From: Candidatus Eiseniibacteriota bacterium
GTDB lineage: Bacteria; Eisenbacteria; RBG-16-71-46
Assembly: GCA_038231135.1 (NCBI GenBank)
Contig: JBBRLX010000039.1
Span: forward strand, 1 to 30,605
Direction of reading: 5' to 3'
Length of the DNA stretch: 30,605 nt
The notes under the pieces were generated by a model. That model worked only from the letters and a program-made list of their open reading frames with translations. It was not told the origin of the DNA and did not search any database. A program made the position numbers and the translations under genes. Shown here in pieces: positions 16,021 to 25,397 of this stretch; the first letter of the stretch is position 1; each line of letters starts with the position of its first letter.

Positions 16021-17730
16021 CTAGAGACCCTTGTAGTCGGGCCCGCCACCGCCTTCGGGCGTGACCCATGTGATGATCTGATAGGGATCGGCGATGTCGC
16101 AGGTCTTGCAGTGCACGCAATTGGACGCGTTGATCTGCAGGCGGATCGCGTCAGCCCCATTCGCAGGGTCCGGGACCATCTCGTACACGTTGGCGGGGCA
16201 GAAGTGCTGGCAGGGATTGCCGTATTCGGTCCGGCACTTCGTGGCGCACACGCTGGTGTCGTGCACGATCAGGTGCACGGGCTGATCCTCGTCGTGCTTG
16301 GTGCCCGACAGGTACACGTCCGCGAGCTTGTCGAATGTGAGCACGCCGTCGGCGGCCACGCGCGGGGGCTTGCCGTTGGGGTGCCGATCCGCGAGCTTTC
16401 GCATGTTCTCGTATCCGGCGTGGCCCGGAGCGCGGTCACGCAGCAGCCAGTCGCGGCCGCCGGTCACCATGCCGATGCCGACGTTCAGCATCCCCGCGAA
16501 CAGTCCGTGGTCGAAGCCCTGGTGGAAATTCCGCACGCCGCGCAGCTCCTGGCCGGCCCACGAGCTCTCGACGCGGCGCTCGTAGCCCTGGAGCCGGTCC
16601 TTCGAGAAATCGCCGGCGAGCAGGCACTCGAACAGCGTTTCGGCGGCGAGCATGCCGGACTTGATCGCGAGATGGACGCCCTTGAGCCGCGCGCCGTTCA
16701 GGAATCCGCCGGAATCGCCGCACATCAGCATGCCGTCGGCCGACAGTTTGGGCATCGCCCACCAGCCGCCCTCGGGAATCGCCTTGGCGCCGTAAGACAC
16801 CGGCTTGCCGCCCAGCAGCAGCGCCTTCACGTACGGATGCGTCTTCATGCGCTGCAGATTGGCGTGGGGATCGCTGGTCGGATCCGGCGCATCAAGGCCG
16901 GTGACGAACCCCACCGACCAGTGGGTGTCGTCCATGCCGTAGATGAAGCCGCCGCCGAACGTGTCCTCGGGCAGCGGGAAGCCCATGGTGTGGATCACGC
17001 GGCCCTTCTGCACCCGGCCCGGCGGCATCTCCCACAACTCCTTCACGCCGGTCGCGTACACCTGCGGATTGCGTCCCACGGTGAGGCCGAGCTGGGTCTC
17101 GAGCACCTTGGCCAGCGTGCCGCGCGGGCCTTCGCACAGCACGGTGCAGCGCGCGCGGCAGTCGGCGCCGGGCTGGAAGTTGGGCTTGCGCTCGCCGTGG
17201 CGGTCGACGCCCTTGTCGCCGGTGCGCACGCCGGCCAGGCGTCCGTTCTCCACGATCGGACTCGCGGCCGGCGTCTCGGTCGCGACCAGCACGCCCCGGG
17301 CCTCGGCGATCTCGGCCATCCACGCCACCAGCCGCCCCAGCGACAGGATGTGATTGCCGTGGTTCTCGAGCATCGGCGGCGTGAACGGCAGCCGGAAGTT
17401 GCCGCCCGCGGTGAGGAACATCACGTCGTCGGCGGTGACGTCGCTCTCGATCGGGCAGCCGCGCTCGCGATAGTCGGGCAGCAGCTCGCGGATCGCGCGC
17501 GGATCCATGACGGCGCCGGAGATGCCGTGGGCACCGACGGTGGCGGACTTCTCGAGCACGGCGATCGTCACTTCGGGCAGTGCCTGGCCGGGCGCGCCCG
17601 CCGCGATGCGCTGGTTGTGCTCTTCGATCAGGCGGGTCAGATGGATGGCGCCCGCGAGTCCGGCAGGGCCGGCGCCCACGAACTGCACATCGAACTCGAG
17701 GACCTCGCGTTCCATCACGTTCCCGTTCAC
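16021..17730 (-). CDS. Electron transfer flavoprotein:quinone oxidoreductase (FAD plus C-terminal 4Fe-4S)
   Basis: VGAGPAGLA dinucleotide fold, VLEK, SGAVMDPRA, GVKELW, HTMGFP, FGGGFIY, YGAKAIPEGG, KGVHLAIKSGMLAAE, HDEDQPVHL, CPANVYE, NCVHCKTCDIADP, WVTPEGGGGP. GTG overlaps the trxB TGA; alternative ATG 17715. Confidence 0.93.
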   Translation of the reverse strand: MNGNVMEREVLEFDVQFVGAGPAGLAGAIHLTRLIEEHNQRIAAGAPGQALPEVTIAVLEKSATVGAHGISGAVMDPRAIRELLPDYRERGCPIESDVTADDVMFLTAGGNFRLPFTPPMLENHGNHILSLGRLVAWMAEIAEARGVLVATETPAASPIVENGRLAGVRTGDKGVDRHGERKPNFQPGADCRARCTVLCEGPRGTLAKVLETQLGLTVGRNPQVYATGVKELWEMPPGRVQKGRVIHTMGFPLPEDTFGGGFIYGMDDTHWSVGFVTGLDAPDPTSDPHANLQRMKTHPYVKALLLGGKPVSYGAKAIPEGGWWAMPKLSADGMLMCGDSGGFLNGARLKGVHLAIKSGMLAAETLFECLLAGDFSKDRLQGYERRVESSWAGQELRGVRNFHQGFDHGLFAGMLNVGIGMVTGGRDWLLRDRAPGHAGYENMRKLADRHPNGKPPRVAADGVLTFDKLADVYLSGTKHDEDQPVHLIVHDTSVCATKCRTEYGNPCQHFCPANVYEMVPDPANGADAIRLQINASNCVHCKTCDIADPYQIITWVTPEGGGGPDYKGL

Positions 17731-18710
17731 GCCGGCGGCGTGGAGGAGTGCAGCGCGGCGCGGGTGGCTTCCTCGTGCGCGCGCGCCTCGAGCCAGCGCT
17801 CCGCGTCCATCGCCGCCATGCAGCCGCTACCGGCCGCGGTGACCGCCTGCCGGTACATGGCGTCCGCGACGTCGCCTGCCGCGAACACGCCCGGCACCAC
17901 CGTCCGCGCCGTCCCCGGCTCGACCTGGAGGTAGCCGCGGTCGTCCATCGGCAGCTCGCCTTCGAGGAACCGGGTGTTCGGCTTGTGGCCGATCGCGACG
18001 AACACGCCGTCGATCGGATGGTCCATGATCTCGTTGGTGAGCACGTTGCGGAGCCGGGCGCCGGTCACATGCTTGTGCGGCTCGCCGAGGATCTCGACCA
18101 CCTCGCTGTTCCAGATGAACCGGATCTTGGGATTGTGGCGCGCGCGCTCCTGCATGATCTTCGACGCCCGCAGCATCTCGCGGCGATGGATCACGATCAC
18201 CTCGGAACAGAACCGCGTGAGGTACGTGGCCTCCTCCATGGCCGTGTCGCCGCCGCCGACCACCATGACGCGCCGGTTGCGGTAGAAGAACCCGTCGCAC
18301 GTCGCGCATGCCGACACGCCGAAGCCCATGAACAGGTGCTCGGTTGGAATGCCGAGCAGCCGGGCCGAGGCGCCGGTGGCCACGATCACGGACCGGCCCT
18401 GGAATTGCTGACCGTCATCGGCCCAGATCGAGAACGGATGGCCGGTGAAGTCGACCTTTTGGACCGACAGCGGCAGGATCTGGGTGCCGAACCGCAGCAC
18501 CTGGTCGCGCATGATCTCCATCAATTCGGGGCCGAGAATCGGCTCCCGAAATCCCGGATAATTCTCGACCTCGGTGGTAATCGTGAGCTGGCCGCCCGGC
18601 TGGATGCCGGACAGCACGAGCGGCTCGAGATTGGCCCGGGCGGCGTACAGCGCGGCCGTGTAACCGGCGGGCCCCGAACCGAGGATCACGACATCGTAGA
18701 TACGCGACAA
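17727..18710 (-). CDS. trxB: Thioredoxin-disulfide reductase (NADPH)
   Basis: GSGPAGYTAALYAARA, GGQL..TTEVENYPGF, redox motif SACATCDGFF, VGGGDTAMEEA, NADPH motif HRREMLR, GVFAAGDV, YRQAVTAAGSGC. TTG start with SD AGGAG. Confidence 0.97.
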   Translation of the reverse strand: MSRIYDVVILGSGPAGYTAALYAARANLEPLVLSGIQPGGQLTITTEVENYPGFREPILGPELMEIMRDQVLRFGTQILPLSVQKVDFTGHPFSIWADDGQQFQGRSVIVATGASARLLGIPTEHLFMGFGVSACATCDGFFYRNRRVMVVGGGDTAMEEATYLTRFCSEVIVIHRREMLRASKIMQERARHNPKIRFIWNSEVVEILGEPHKHVTGARLRNVLTNEIMDHPIDGVFVAIGHKPNTRFLEGELPMDDRGYLQVEPGTARTVVPGVFAAGDVADAMYRQAVTAAGSGCMAAMDAERWLEARAHEEATRAALHSSTPPA

Positions 18711-18817
18711 CGTTCACTCCTGGAAAGATTTGGCAGGTTCAAGCGGTCCCACGCCCCACGGGGGTCCGGACATTGCAGTCCGCCCCGCCCACGGGCCCGA
18801 ATCGGGCAGCATGCAAC

Positions 18818-18823
18818 ATTCTA
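18818..18823 (-). promoter_or_regulatory. Putative -10 element (TAGAAT) for the trxB operon
   Basis: Near-consensus hexamer about 105 nt upstream of trxB in the divergent intergenic region. Confidence 0.4.
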
Positions 18824-18961
18824 GCGGAAACGGAAATCGGAGACGTATCCACGGGCTCGATACCGTGCGTAGCCTGAGGTATGCTTGACGCGGCCTGAAC
18901 CGCCGCCCTGGCCGTCCCCCTCCGGCGCCGGATTCTCCTGAATATCGCGGAGCTCACATCC

Positions 18962-20521
18962 ATGCGAAGACTTCTCGCGGGTTTCCTGCTGTCGATCGCC
19001 GTGCTCGTGCCGGTGAGCGCGCGGGCCGTCGTCAGGCTGCCCGACGGCTTCACGAACGAGATGGTCTGTGACGGGCTCTCGGAGCCCAACAGCATGGCGT
19101 TCCTTCCCGACTGGCGCGTGCTCGTTACCGAGCAACATACCGGGAGGGTGCGGCTCATCGTCGGCGCGAACGTATCGAGCCACGACCCGGTCTATCAGGT
19201 TCCCGACCTGAACGGCAACGCCTACGAGCGCGGGCTGCTCGGCATCGCGGTCGATCCGGCGTGGCCGCAGCGGCCCTACATCTACATCTACTACACCCAG
19301 ATCGGCGGCCATTGCCGCGTCGTCCGGCTCACGGGATCGGGGGAACTCGACAATCCGAATGGCGAGGATCTGTCGTTCTCGAACCCGGTCACGATCATCG
19401 GCGACATTCCGGACAACCTGATCACGCACAACAGCGGCTGCGTGCGATTCGGGCCCGACGGCCACCTGTACGTGAGCACGGGAGACGACGACGATCCGTG
19501 CGCGGCCGCGGATTCCACGACGCTGCTGGGCGAGATTCTGCGGCTGCGTGTGAACAACCTCGAGGAAAACATCAACGGCGCCGTCACGCGTGACCTCATC
19601 ACCCCCTACGACAATCCGTTCTCGACCCCCGACACGAACGCGCGGCTGGTGTGGGCCTACGGGATGCGCAACCCCTGGCGGTTCAGCATCGACCCCTACA
19701 CGGGCAAGATCTACTCGGCGGATGTCGGGCTCATGACCTACGAGGAGATCAACGAGATCCTGCCCGGCGACTTCCTGGGCTGGCCTTACCGCGAGGGGCC
19801 GCAACTCATGCCGCGCAGTGAGTGTCCCGAGCCGGGGGGAAACGGCGCCAACGTGTACAAGTCGGCGACCGTGAACATGCTGCGCGATCCCAACATATTG
19901 GTGGCGATTTCCAGCGCGAGTGTGTATCGGCCGCTGCCCGGGGCGCCTTACAATTGGCCGGACGAGTTCAACGGGGACTACTTCTACGGCGAGTTCTACT
20001 CCGGCAATTTCTGGCGGCTGAAGAACGTGAAGGGCGTGTGGATGCCGTCCGATTCGCTGCCGGGACAGCCCGCGGGCGGGTTCTTCGCAACCGGGATGTC
20101 CACGGCGTTGGACTTCCAGACCGGTCCCGACGGCAGCTACTACTACCTCAGCCAGGACGACAGCACCGGGTTCGGTAATGGCTCGATCCAGCGCATCCGG
20201 CACCTCGGCCCGACTCAGCCGCTGTCGGTGCTCGACGCGATCGGCGGCCCGATCGCATTCAGCAGCTCGCCGAATCCGTTCACGACGCGCGCCGATCTGT
20301 CGTTCCGGCTGCCACGGTCGACGCCGGTTACGATCGACGTGTACGACGTGCTGGGCCGCCGCGTGCGCCGGGTGATGGACCGCATCGGCACGGCGGGCGA
20401 GAACCGCGTGGCGTGGGACGGCGCCGACGGCCAGGGCCGGGCGCTGCGGCCTGGAGTCTACCTGGGGCGCATCGAGTTCCTCGGCGTGTCGGAGACGATC
20501 CGGCTGGTGCGGCTGAAGTAA
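18962..20521 (+). CDS. Secreted PQQ-dependent glucose/sorbosone dehydrogenase-family beta-propeller with C-terminal FlgD-Ig-like domain
   Basis: Signal peptide ending ARA; 'MAFLPD', 'ERGLLGIAVDP', 'HNSGCVRFGPDGHLYVSTGD', 'AYGMRNPWRFS', 'DVG...EEIN', 'GWP'; tail 'PNPF...IDVYDVLGRRVR...WDGADGQGRALRPGVY'. Confidence 0.88.
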   Translation: MRRLLAGFLLSIAVLVPVSARAVVRLPDGFTNEMVCDGLSEPNSMAFLPDWRVLVTEQHTGRVRLIVGANVSSHDPVYQVPDLNGNAYERGLLGIAVDPAWPQRPYIYIYYTQIGGHCRVVRLTGSGELDNPNGEDLSFSNPVTIIGDIPDNLITHNSGCVRFGPDGHLYVSTGDDDDPCAAADSTTLLGEILRLRVNNLEENINGAVTRDLITPYDNPFSTPDTNARLVWAYGMRNPWRFSIDPYTGKIYSADVGLMTYEEINEILPGDFLGWPYREGPQLMPRSECPEPGGNGANVYKSATVNMLRDPNILVAISSASVYRPLPGAPYNWPDEFNGDYFYGEFYSGNFWRLKNVKGVWMPSDSLPGQPAGGFFATGMSTALDFQTGPDGSYYYLSQDDSTGFGNGSIQRIRHLGPTQPLSVLDAIGGPIAFSSSPNPFTTRADLSFRLPRSTPVTIDVYDVLGRRVRRVMDRIGTAGENRVAWDGADGQGRALRPGVYLGRIEFLGVSETIRLVRLK

Positions 20522-20609
20522 CGCAGGTCTCAGCGGATCGCGCCCGCAGCGTTCGTTCGTTTCCAGATCTGGTTCCGCGACGCGAGGCATTGCGCCGCCC
20601 CGTCCGCAG

Positions 20610-21815
20610 TCAGTTCTCTCGCAGGCTCTGCGCCAGCGGTTGCCGCGCGGCGCGCAGCGCGGGCAGAAAGCCGCCCACCAGACCCATGCCGGCCGCGAAG
20701 ATCAGCCCGGCGAGCAGCGACTGCGCGGTCACGCGGAACGCGAACGCCACCTCGCTGAACGACGAGAAGTTCGTGGTGCTGGTGACGATGCCGTTGATCG
20801 GCAGCGCCAGCAGACAGCCGATCAGGCCACCCAGCAGCGCCAGGATCACGGACTCGATCACGAACGACATCATCACCGCGGCGGGGCTGAAGCCGAGCAC
20901 CAGCAGTGTGGCGATCTCGCGGGTGCGGGAGCCGACCGCGGCATACATGGTGTTCATGGCGCCGAAGATCGCGCCCACCGCCATGATGATCGTGATGAAT
21001 ACGCCCATGAACCGGATCACGGTGCTGAGTTGTTCCGACTGGGATGCGTAGAACTCGCTCTCGCGGCGCAGTTGGAGCCCGAGCCGCGGATCGGATTCGA
21101 TCTGGTGCTTGAGCGCCTCGAACCGGGCGGGATCGCGCATCCGGAACGTGACGCTTTGGAACACGTTGTCGCGCTGCAACGCCGGCATCAGCACCGCGAC
21201 GTCACCCCAGATCTCGGACTCGAACGACGCGCCGTTGGCGGTGAAGTGCCCCACCACCGTGAATTCGCGCTGCTGGAACCGGATGTGATCGCCGATCGCG
21301 CAGTTCGCGAACCGGCGCGAGATGCGCTCGCCGACGATCACCTCGTCGCTGCCGGCCCGGAACGCGCGCCCGCTGGTGATGCGAACCTGCGCCCGCAGCG
21401 GGAACGTCACGGGTTGCGCCACGGCCTGGACGTCCGCCGCCGCCGTCGGCTCGACGCCGCGCACGGTGATGTTCGAGGACCCGGGCTGCCCGAGCCTGGG
21501 CTTCGTCGTCACGACCACGAGATCGGGGCTCACGAGCGGCCGGCCGTCCGGGCCCGTCGCCACGTCGGGGAGCGAACGCAGGATGTCGGCCTGCTCGCGC
21601 GCGACGCCGCTCGAGATCTCGCTGTCGGCGCCCTTGCGGAGCGCGAGCGCGTTCGCGGGCGAGCCGCTCTCGGCCAGCGCGGCCTGGAAGCCGTTCGCGA
21701 GCGCCAGGGCGCCGATGAAGATCGCGACCGTGAGGCCCACGCCGATCGCGGTCGTGAGCGTCGACACCGGGCGCTGCAGCACGTTGCGGAAGTTGTACGA
21801 GATCGGGATCGGCAT
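20610..21815 (-). CDS. ABC transporter permease (MacB/FtsX family)
   Basis: N-terminal TM, periplasmic domain, 'GAMNTMYAAVGSRTREIATLLVLGF', 'GGFLPALRAAR'. Confidence 0.92.
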   Translation of the reverse strand: MPIPISYNFRNVLQRPVSTLTTAIGVGLTVAIFIGALALANGFQAALAESGSPANALALRKGADSEISSGVAREQADILRSLPDVATGPDGRPLVSPDLVVVTTKPRLGQPGSSNITVRGVEPTAAADVQAVAQPVTFPLRAQVRITSGRAFRAGSDEVIVGERISRRFANCAIGDHIRFQQREFTVVGHFTANGASFESEIWGDVAVLMPALQRDNVFQSVTFRMRDPARFEALKHQIESDPRLGLQLRRESEFYASQSEQLSTVIRFMGVFITIIMAVGAIFGAMNTMYAAVGSRTREIATLLVLGFSPAAVMMSFVIESVILALLGGLIGCLLALPINGIVTSTTNFSSFSEVAFAFRVTAQSLLAGLIFAAGMGLVGGFLPALRAARQPLAQSLREN

Positions 21816-21822
21816 GGCGCCC

Positions 21823-23019
21823 TCAGTTCACGCGCCGCAGCGCGTCGACGATGCGCAGCCGTGACGCCTGCCACGCGGGAATCAATCCACTCACCGCGCC
21901 CACCAGCAGCGCGACCGCCACGCCGGTGCCCACGGTGCTCCAGTGCACGCTCATCTGCGGCAGCATCCCGCCGGCATTGAAGCCGGATCCCTCGATCGCG
22001 AACTTGGCGCCGAGCGCGCCGATCGCGCCGCCGATCAGCGTGATCGCGGCGGCCTCGATCAGCACCATGCGGAACACGGTGCCGTCCTCGAAGCCCAGGG
22101 TCTTCAGCACGCCGATCTCGCTGGTGCGCTCGCGGATCGCCATCACCATGGTGTTCGCCGCCACCAGCAGGATCGCGAACGCCACCGCGAGCCCGATCAC
22201 CCGGATCACGAACGGCAGGTTGCCGTACATGCTCACGAACCCGGCCTGGAACGCGCGCTCGGATTCGGTGCGCGTGGCGGCGGACGAGTTCTCGAAGATC
22301 GCGTCCACCTGTTTGCCGATCGACGCCGCCTGGTCGGGAGTGTCGAGTTGCAGGACGTACACGCCCACCAGGCCCTTGCCGCCCATGCCCTTCTCGTTCA
22401 GGTAGTCCCAGTGGAAGAACAGCGTTTCGTCGCCGAACGACTTATTCTTCGAGCGGTAGACCGCGCGGATCGTCATCGGCCACGAGCCGGGATAGATCGT
22501 GCCCGCGAGCGTCACTGTCTGCCCCAGCTTCCAGCCCATGCGCGTAAACAGCTTCTCGCCGACGATGCAGGCCGTGCGCTCGACCATGTAGGCCGCGAGC
22601 CTGGGATCGATGCCGGGCGGCAGCGCCACGGTCGCCTGCGCCGGCGAGGCGGCCACGACGTCGATGTCGCTCGCGTACTCCGGCAGGTAGGTGCGCGAAT
22701 CGATGCCGAACTGGGCGAAGAAGTTGTGCGGATTCGCCGGGTCCTGGCCGCCGAACCAGTTCTGAAACGTCACCGCCTTCACGCCCGGCACGGCCGCGAT
22801 GCGGTCGCGATAGGCGAGCGGCATCGGGAAGATCAGCGAGATCGCGTTGCGCGTGACGAGCCGGGTCTCGCTGCCGACCTTGATGGACTCCGCCAGCGTG
22901 TCGAGCACGCCGCCGAGCGCGCAGAACAGGAACAGCGCGACCGTCACGCTCAGCGTGGTGAGGATCGTGCGGCGCTTGTTGCGCCCGAGATTCACGAGGA
23001 CGAGCTTCAGGAAATTCAT
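21823..23019 (-). CDS. ABC transporter permease (MacB/FtsX family)
   Basis: 'NLGRNKRRTILT', 'ANTMVMAIRERTSEIGVLKTLGF', 'GLIPAWQASRLRIVDALR'. Confidence 0.92.
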   Translation of the reverse strand: MNFLKLVLVNLGRNKRRTILTTLSVTVALFLFCALGGVLDTLAESIKVGSETRLVTRNAISLIFPMPLAYRDRIAAVPGVKAVTFQNWFGGQDPANPHNFFAQFGIDSRTYLPEYASDIDVVAASPAQATVALPPGIDPRLAAYMVERTACIVGEKLFTRMGWKLGQTVTLAGTIYPGSWPMTIRAVYRSKNKSFGDETLFFHWDYLNEKGMGGKGLVGVYVLQLDTPDQAASIGKQVDAIFENSSAATRTESERAFQAGFVSMYGNLPFVIRVIGLAVAFAILLVAANTMVMAIRERTSEIGVLKTLGFEDGTVFRMVLIEAAAITLIGGAIGALGAKFAIEGSGFNAGGMLPQMSVHWSTVGTGVAVALLVGAVSGLIPAWQASRLRIVDALRRVN

Positions 23020-23030
23020 GCGCCCTCCGG

Positions 23031-23702
23031 TCAGTGCGACAAAACGCCCTTGTCGAGGTGGTACTGGCTGTGCGCCCGTTCCGCGGAGTGCGGGTCGTGC
23101 GTCACCATCACGATCGTCTTCTTGAATTCGGAGTTCAGACGGTCGAGCAGGTTGAGGATCTCCTCGCCGGACTTGCGGTCGAGGTCGCCGGTCGGCTCGT
23201 CGGCGAGCAGGATCGCGGGATCGCTCACGACCGCGCGGGCGATCGCCACGCGCTGTTCCTGCCCGCCCGACAGCTGGCGCGGGAAGTGTTTCATGCGGTC
23301 GCCGAGCCCGACGAGCGCGAGCGCTGTCTCCGCGCGCCGGCGCCGCTCCTTGCCGCTCATCTTGATCAGCAGCAGCGGCAGCTCGACGTTCTGGAGCGCG
23401 GTGAGCACCGGGATCAGGTTGTAGAGCTGGAAGATGTAGCCGATGTTGCGCGACCGCCAGTGCGCCAGCTGGCTGCCCTTGAGCCGACCGATGCTGGTGC
23501 CGTCGATCACGATCTCGCCCGAGGTCGGGCTGTCGATGCCGCCGATCAGGTTGAGCAGCGTGGTCTTGCCGCTCCCGGACGGCCCCATCAGCGCCACGAA
23601 GTCGCCGGCCGCGATCGACAGCGACAGGCCGTCGAGCACCGGCACCTCCTGGGTGTCCCGGCGGTACACTTTGCGCACGTTCTGAACCTGAATCGAAGCC
23701 AT
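23031..23702 (-). CDS. ABC transporter ATP-binding protein (LolD/MacB-like)
   Basis: Walker A GPSGSGKT, signature LSGGQEQR, Walker B ILLADEPTGDLD, VTHD. SD GGGAGG. Confidence 0.96.
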   Translation of the reverse strand: MASIQVQNVRKVYRRDTQEVPVLDGLSLSIAAGDFVALMGPSGSGKTTLLNLIGGIDSPTSGEIVIDGTSIGRLKGSQLAHWRSRNIGYIFQLYNLIPVLTALQNVELPLLLIKMSGKERRRRAETALALVGLGDRMKHFPRQLSGGQEQRVAIARAVVSDPAILLADEPTGDLDRKSGEEILNLLDRLNSEFKKTIVMVTHDPHSAERAHSQYHLDKGVLSH

Positions 23703-23720
23703 GCGGCCTCCCTATCGATC

Positions 23721-23766
23721 GCCCGCAACCGCCGGTGCGCGGAACGTTCCGCGCCCGCGGGCGGGC
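23721..23766. repeat. Intercistronic stem-loop with a perfect 18-bp palindrome core
   Basis: GCGCGGAAC|GTTCCGCGC (23737-23754) flanked by GCCCGC (23721-23726) and GCGGGC (23761-23766). Confidence 0.6.
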
Positions 23767-24944
23767 TATTTCGCGATGCGCACCCGGACGCCGTCCGCGA
23801 TCCCGGCCGGCGGATGAATCACGATCGTCTCTCCGCCGCCGAGCCCGGCACGGATCTCCACGCTGTCGTCGTTCTGGCGGCCGATCTCGACCGTGCGCGC
23901 CTGCACCCGGTCATTCGTGACCACCCACACCTCACGGACGCCGCCCGCCTGCACGAGTGCCGTGGCGGGAATCGTGATCCGCACCGGCGTGGCGGTGGTG
24001 GCGCGCGCCATGTCCGCGGCGAACACCACCTTGGCGCCCATCTCGGGCAGGATCCGCGGGTCGCGATCGAGGATCGATACCTTGACCAGCACCGTTGCCT
24101 TCTGGCGATCGGCCGTCGGCACCACCTGCCGCACGCGTCCCGTGAACGAGGTGTCGGGATAGGCGTCGAGCGTGATGCGGGCGCCCTGGCCGTTGTGGAT
24201 CTGCGCGATGTACGCCTCGTTCACGTCGACTTCGACCTCGAGCGTGCTGAGGTCCGCCATCGTGACGATCGACGTGCGGGTGAGGCCGCCGCCCGCGGAC
24301 GCGGGCGCCACGATCTCGCCGACCTCCGCGTCCTTGCGCAGCACCGTGCCGTCGAACGGCGCCCGCACCAGGGTGTTCTCGAGATTCGCCGCCGCGAGCT
24401 GGCGCTGCGCGGTCGCGGAGTTGAGCGACGCCACGAGCACGTCCACCTTGGTGGCGGCGTTCTCGAGATCGACGCCCGACAGCACCTGCTGGTCGCGCAG
24501 CTTGTTCGCGCGCTCGAGGTCGCGGCGGGCCTGGACGAGCTGGGCCTCGACCTCGCCGACCTGGGCCTTCGCCGCCTGGAGCGCGGCCTGGTAGATGCCG
24601 CCCTCGATGCGCGCCATCACCTCGCCCGCGCGGACGTGGGAGCCCTCGTGCACGCCGAGGTACTCCATGCGGCCCGGAATCTTGGCCGACACCGACGCCT
24701 TGGTGCGCGCGACCACGTAACCGTTGGCCGAGATCCCGCTGCCGCCCGTGGCGCCGCCGCTCATGCTCACGGTTGCGGCCTGCACCGGAATCGCGCGCGG
24801 GGCGCGCAGCGCGAACACTGCGCCCGCAGCGAGCGCCAGCGCGATCGCGCCGAACAGCCAGCCCCGGCCGCCGGACCGCGCGCGGGGCGGCGGCTCGTCG
24901 CGGCGGATGCGCAGGTCGGAAATGCTGGGAGGGGTGGCGGTCAT
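23766..24944 (-). CDS. Periplasmic adaptor / membrane fusion protein (MacA-like)
   Basis: Single N-terminal TM, 'ANGYVVARTKASVSAKIPGR', coiled coil, 'VRAPFDGTV', 'LEVEVDVNEAYI', 'VPTADRQKATV', 'PEMGA'. Start set at ATG 24944 (MTATPPSISDLRI). Confidence 0.92.
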   Translation of the reverse strand: MTATPPSISDLRIRRDEPPPRARSGGRGWLFGAIALALAAGAVFALRAPRAIPVQAATVSMSGGATGGSGISANGYVVARTKASVSAKIPGRMEYLGVHEGSHVRAGEVMARIEGGIYQAALQAAKAQVGEVEAQLVQARRDLERANKLRDQQVLSGVDLENAATKVDVLVASLNSATAQRQLAAANLENTLVRAPFDGTVLRKDAEVGEIVAPASAGGGLTRTSIVTMADLSTLEVEVDVNEAYIAQIHNGQGARITLDAYPDTSFTGRVRQVVPTADRQKATVLVKVSILDRDPRILPEMGAKVVFAADMARATTATPVRITIPATALVQAGGVREVWVVTNDRVQARTVEIGRQNDDSVEIRAGLGGGETIVIHPPAGIADGVRVRIAK

Positions 24945-25074
24945 GGATCCCGTCGATGGGGCGGCCGCGACCCGCCGCGATGCTCGCGGCGCGGCACTGC
25001 TGCAGACCCGAGCAGGCATGATCGGGCAGGCGCTCCGAGCCGGTCAAGGGATCGGGCGGGCAGGCGGGCGGCGG

Positions 25075-25104
25075 TTGCCAGCGCCTGTGGCGGCCCTTTA
25101 GACT
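25075..25104 (+). promoter_or_regulatory. Putative sigma70 promoter of the ferredoxin operon
   Basis: TTGCCA (25075-25080), 18 bp, TAGACT (25099-25104). SD GGAGG before ATG 25158. Confidence 0.6.
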
Positions 25105-25157
25105 CGCACGGCATTCATCGTATCCCGTCGTGATCGCCAGGGGCTTCGGAGGCAACC

Positions 25158-25397
25158 ATGCCGTTTGTGATCGCAGAGCCGTGCATCGGCGTGAAGGACA
25201 AGTCGTGCGTCGAGGTGTGCCCGGTCAACTGCATCTATGAGGGTGAGGACCAGTTCTATATCCATCCCGACGAATGCATCGACTGCCAGGCGTGCGAAGC
25301 CGCGTGCCCGGTGCAGGCGATCTTTCCCGACAACGGGGTGCCCGAGAAGTGGAAGTCGTTCATCGAGAAGAACCGGGTCCACTTCGAAAACACATGA
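25158..25397 (+). CDS. Dicluster ferredoxin (FdxA-like 7Fe type)
   Basis: 'VIAEPCIGVKDKSCVEVCPVNCIY...IHPDECIDCQACEAACPVQAIF': Cx7Cx3CP plus CxxCxxCx3CP pattern of [3Fe-4S][4Fe-4S] ferredoxins. Confidence 0.95.
   Translation: MPFVIAEPCIGVKDKSCVEVCPVNCIYEGEDQFYIHPDECIDCQACEAACPVQAIFPDNGVPEKWKSFIEKNRVHFENT

Noticed and set aside
18711..18716. In-frame TGA just before trxB as a selenocysteine or readthrough codon
   Set aside because: TrxB homology begins at the TTG with a well-spaced AGGAG SD; the position is not catalytic and no SECIS-like hairpin is evident.
20522..20609. Possible terminator between the dehydrogenase and the ABC permease (CCAGATCTGG palindrome, GTTCGTTCGTTT)
   Set aside because: Stems are short and there is no clean U-tract; not supportable.
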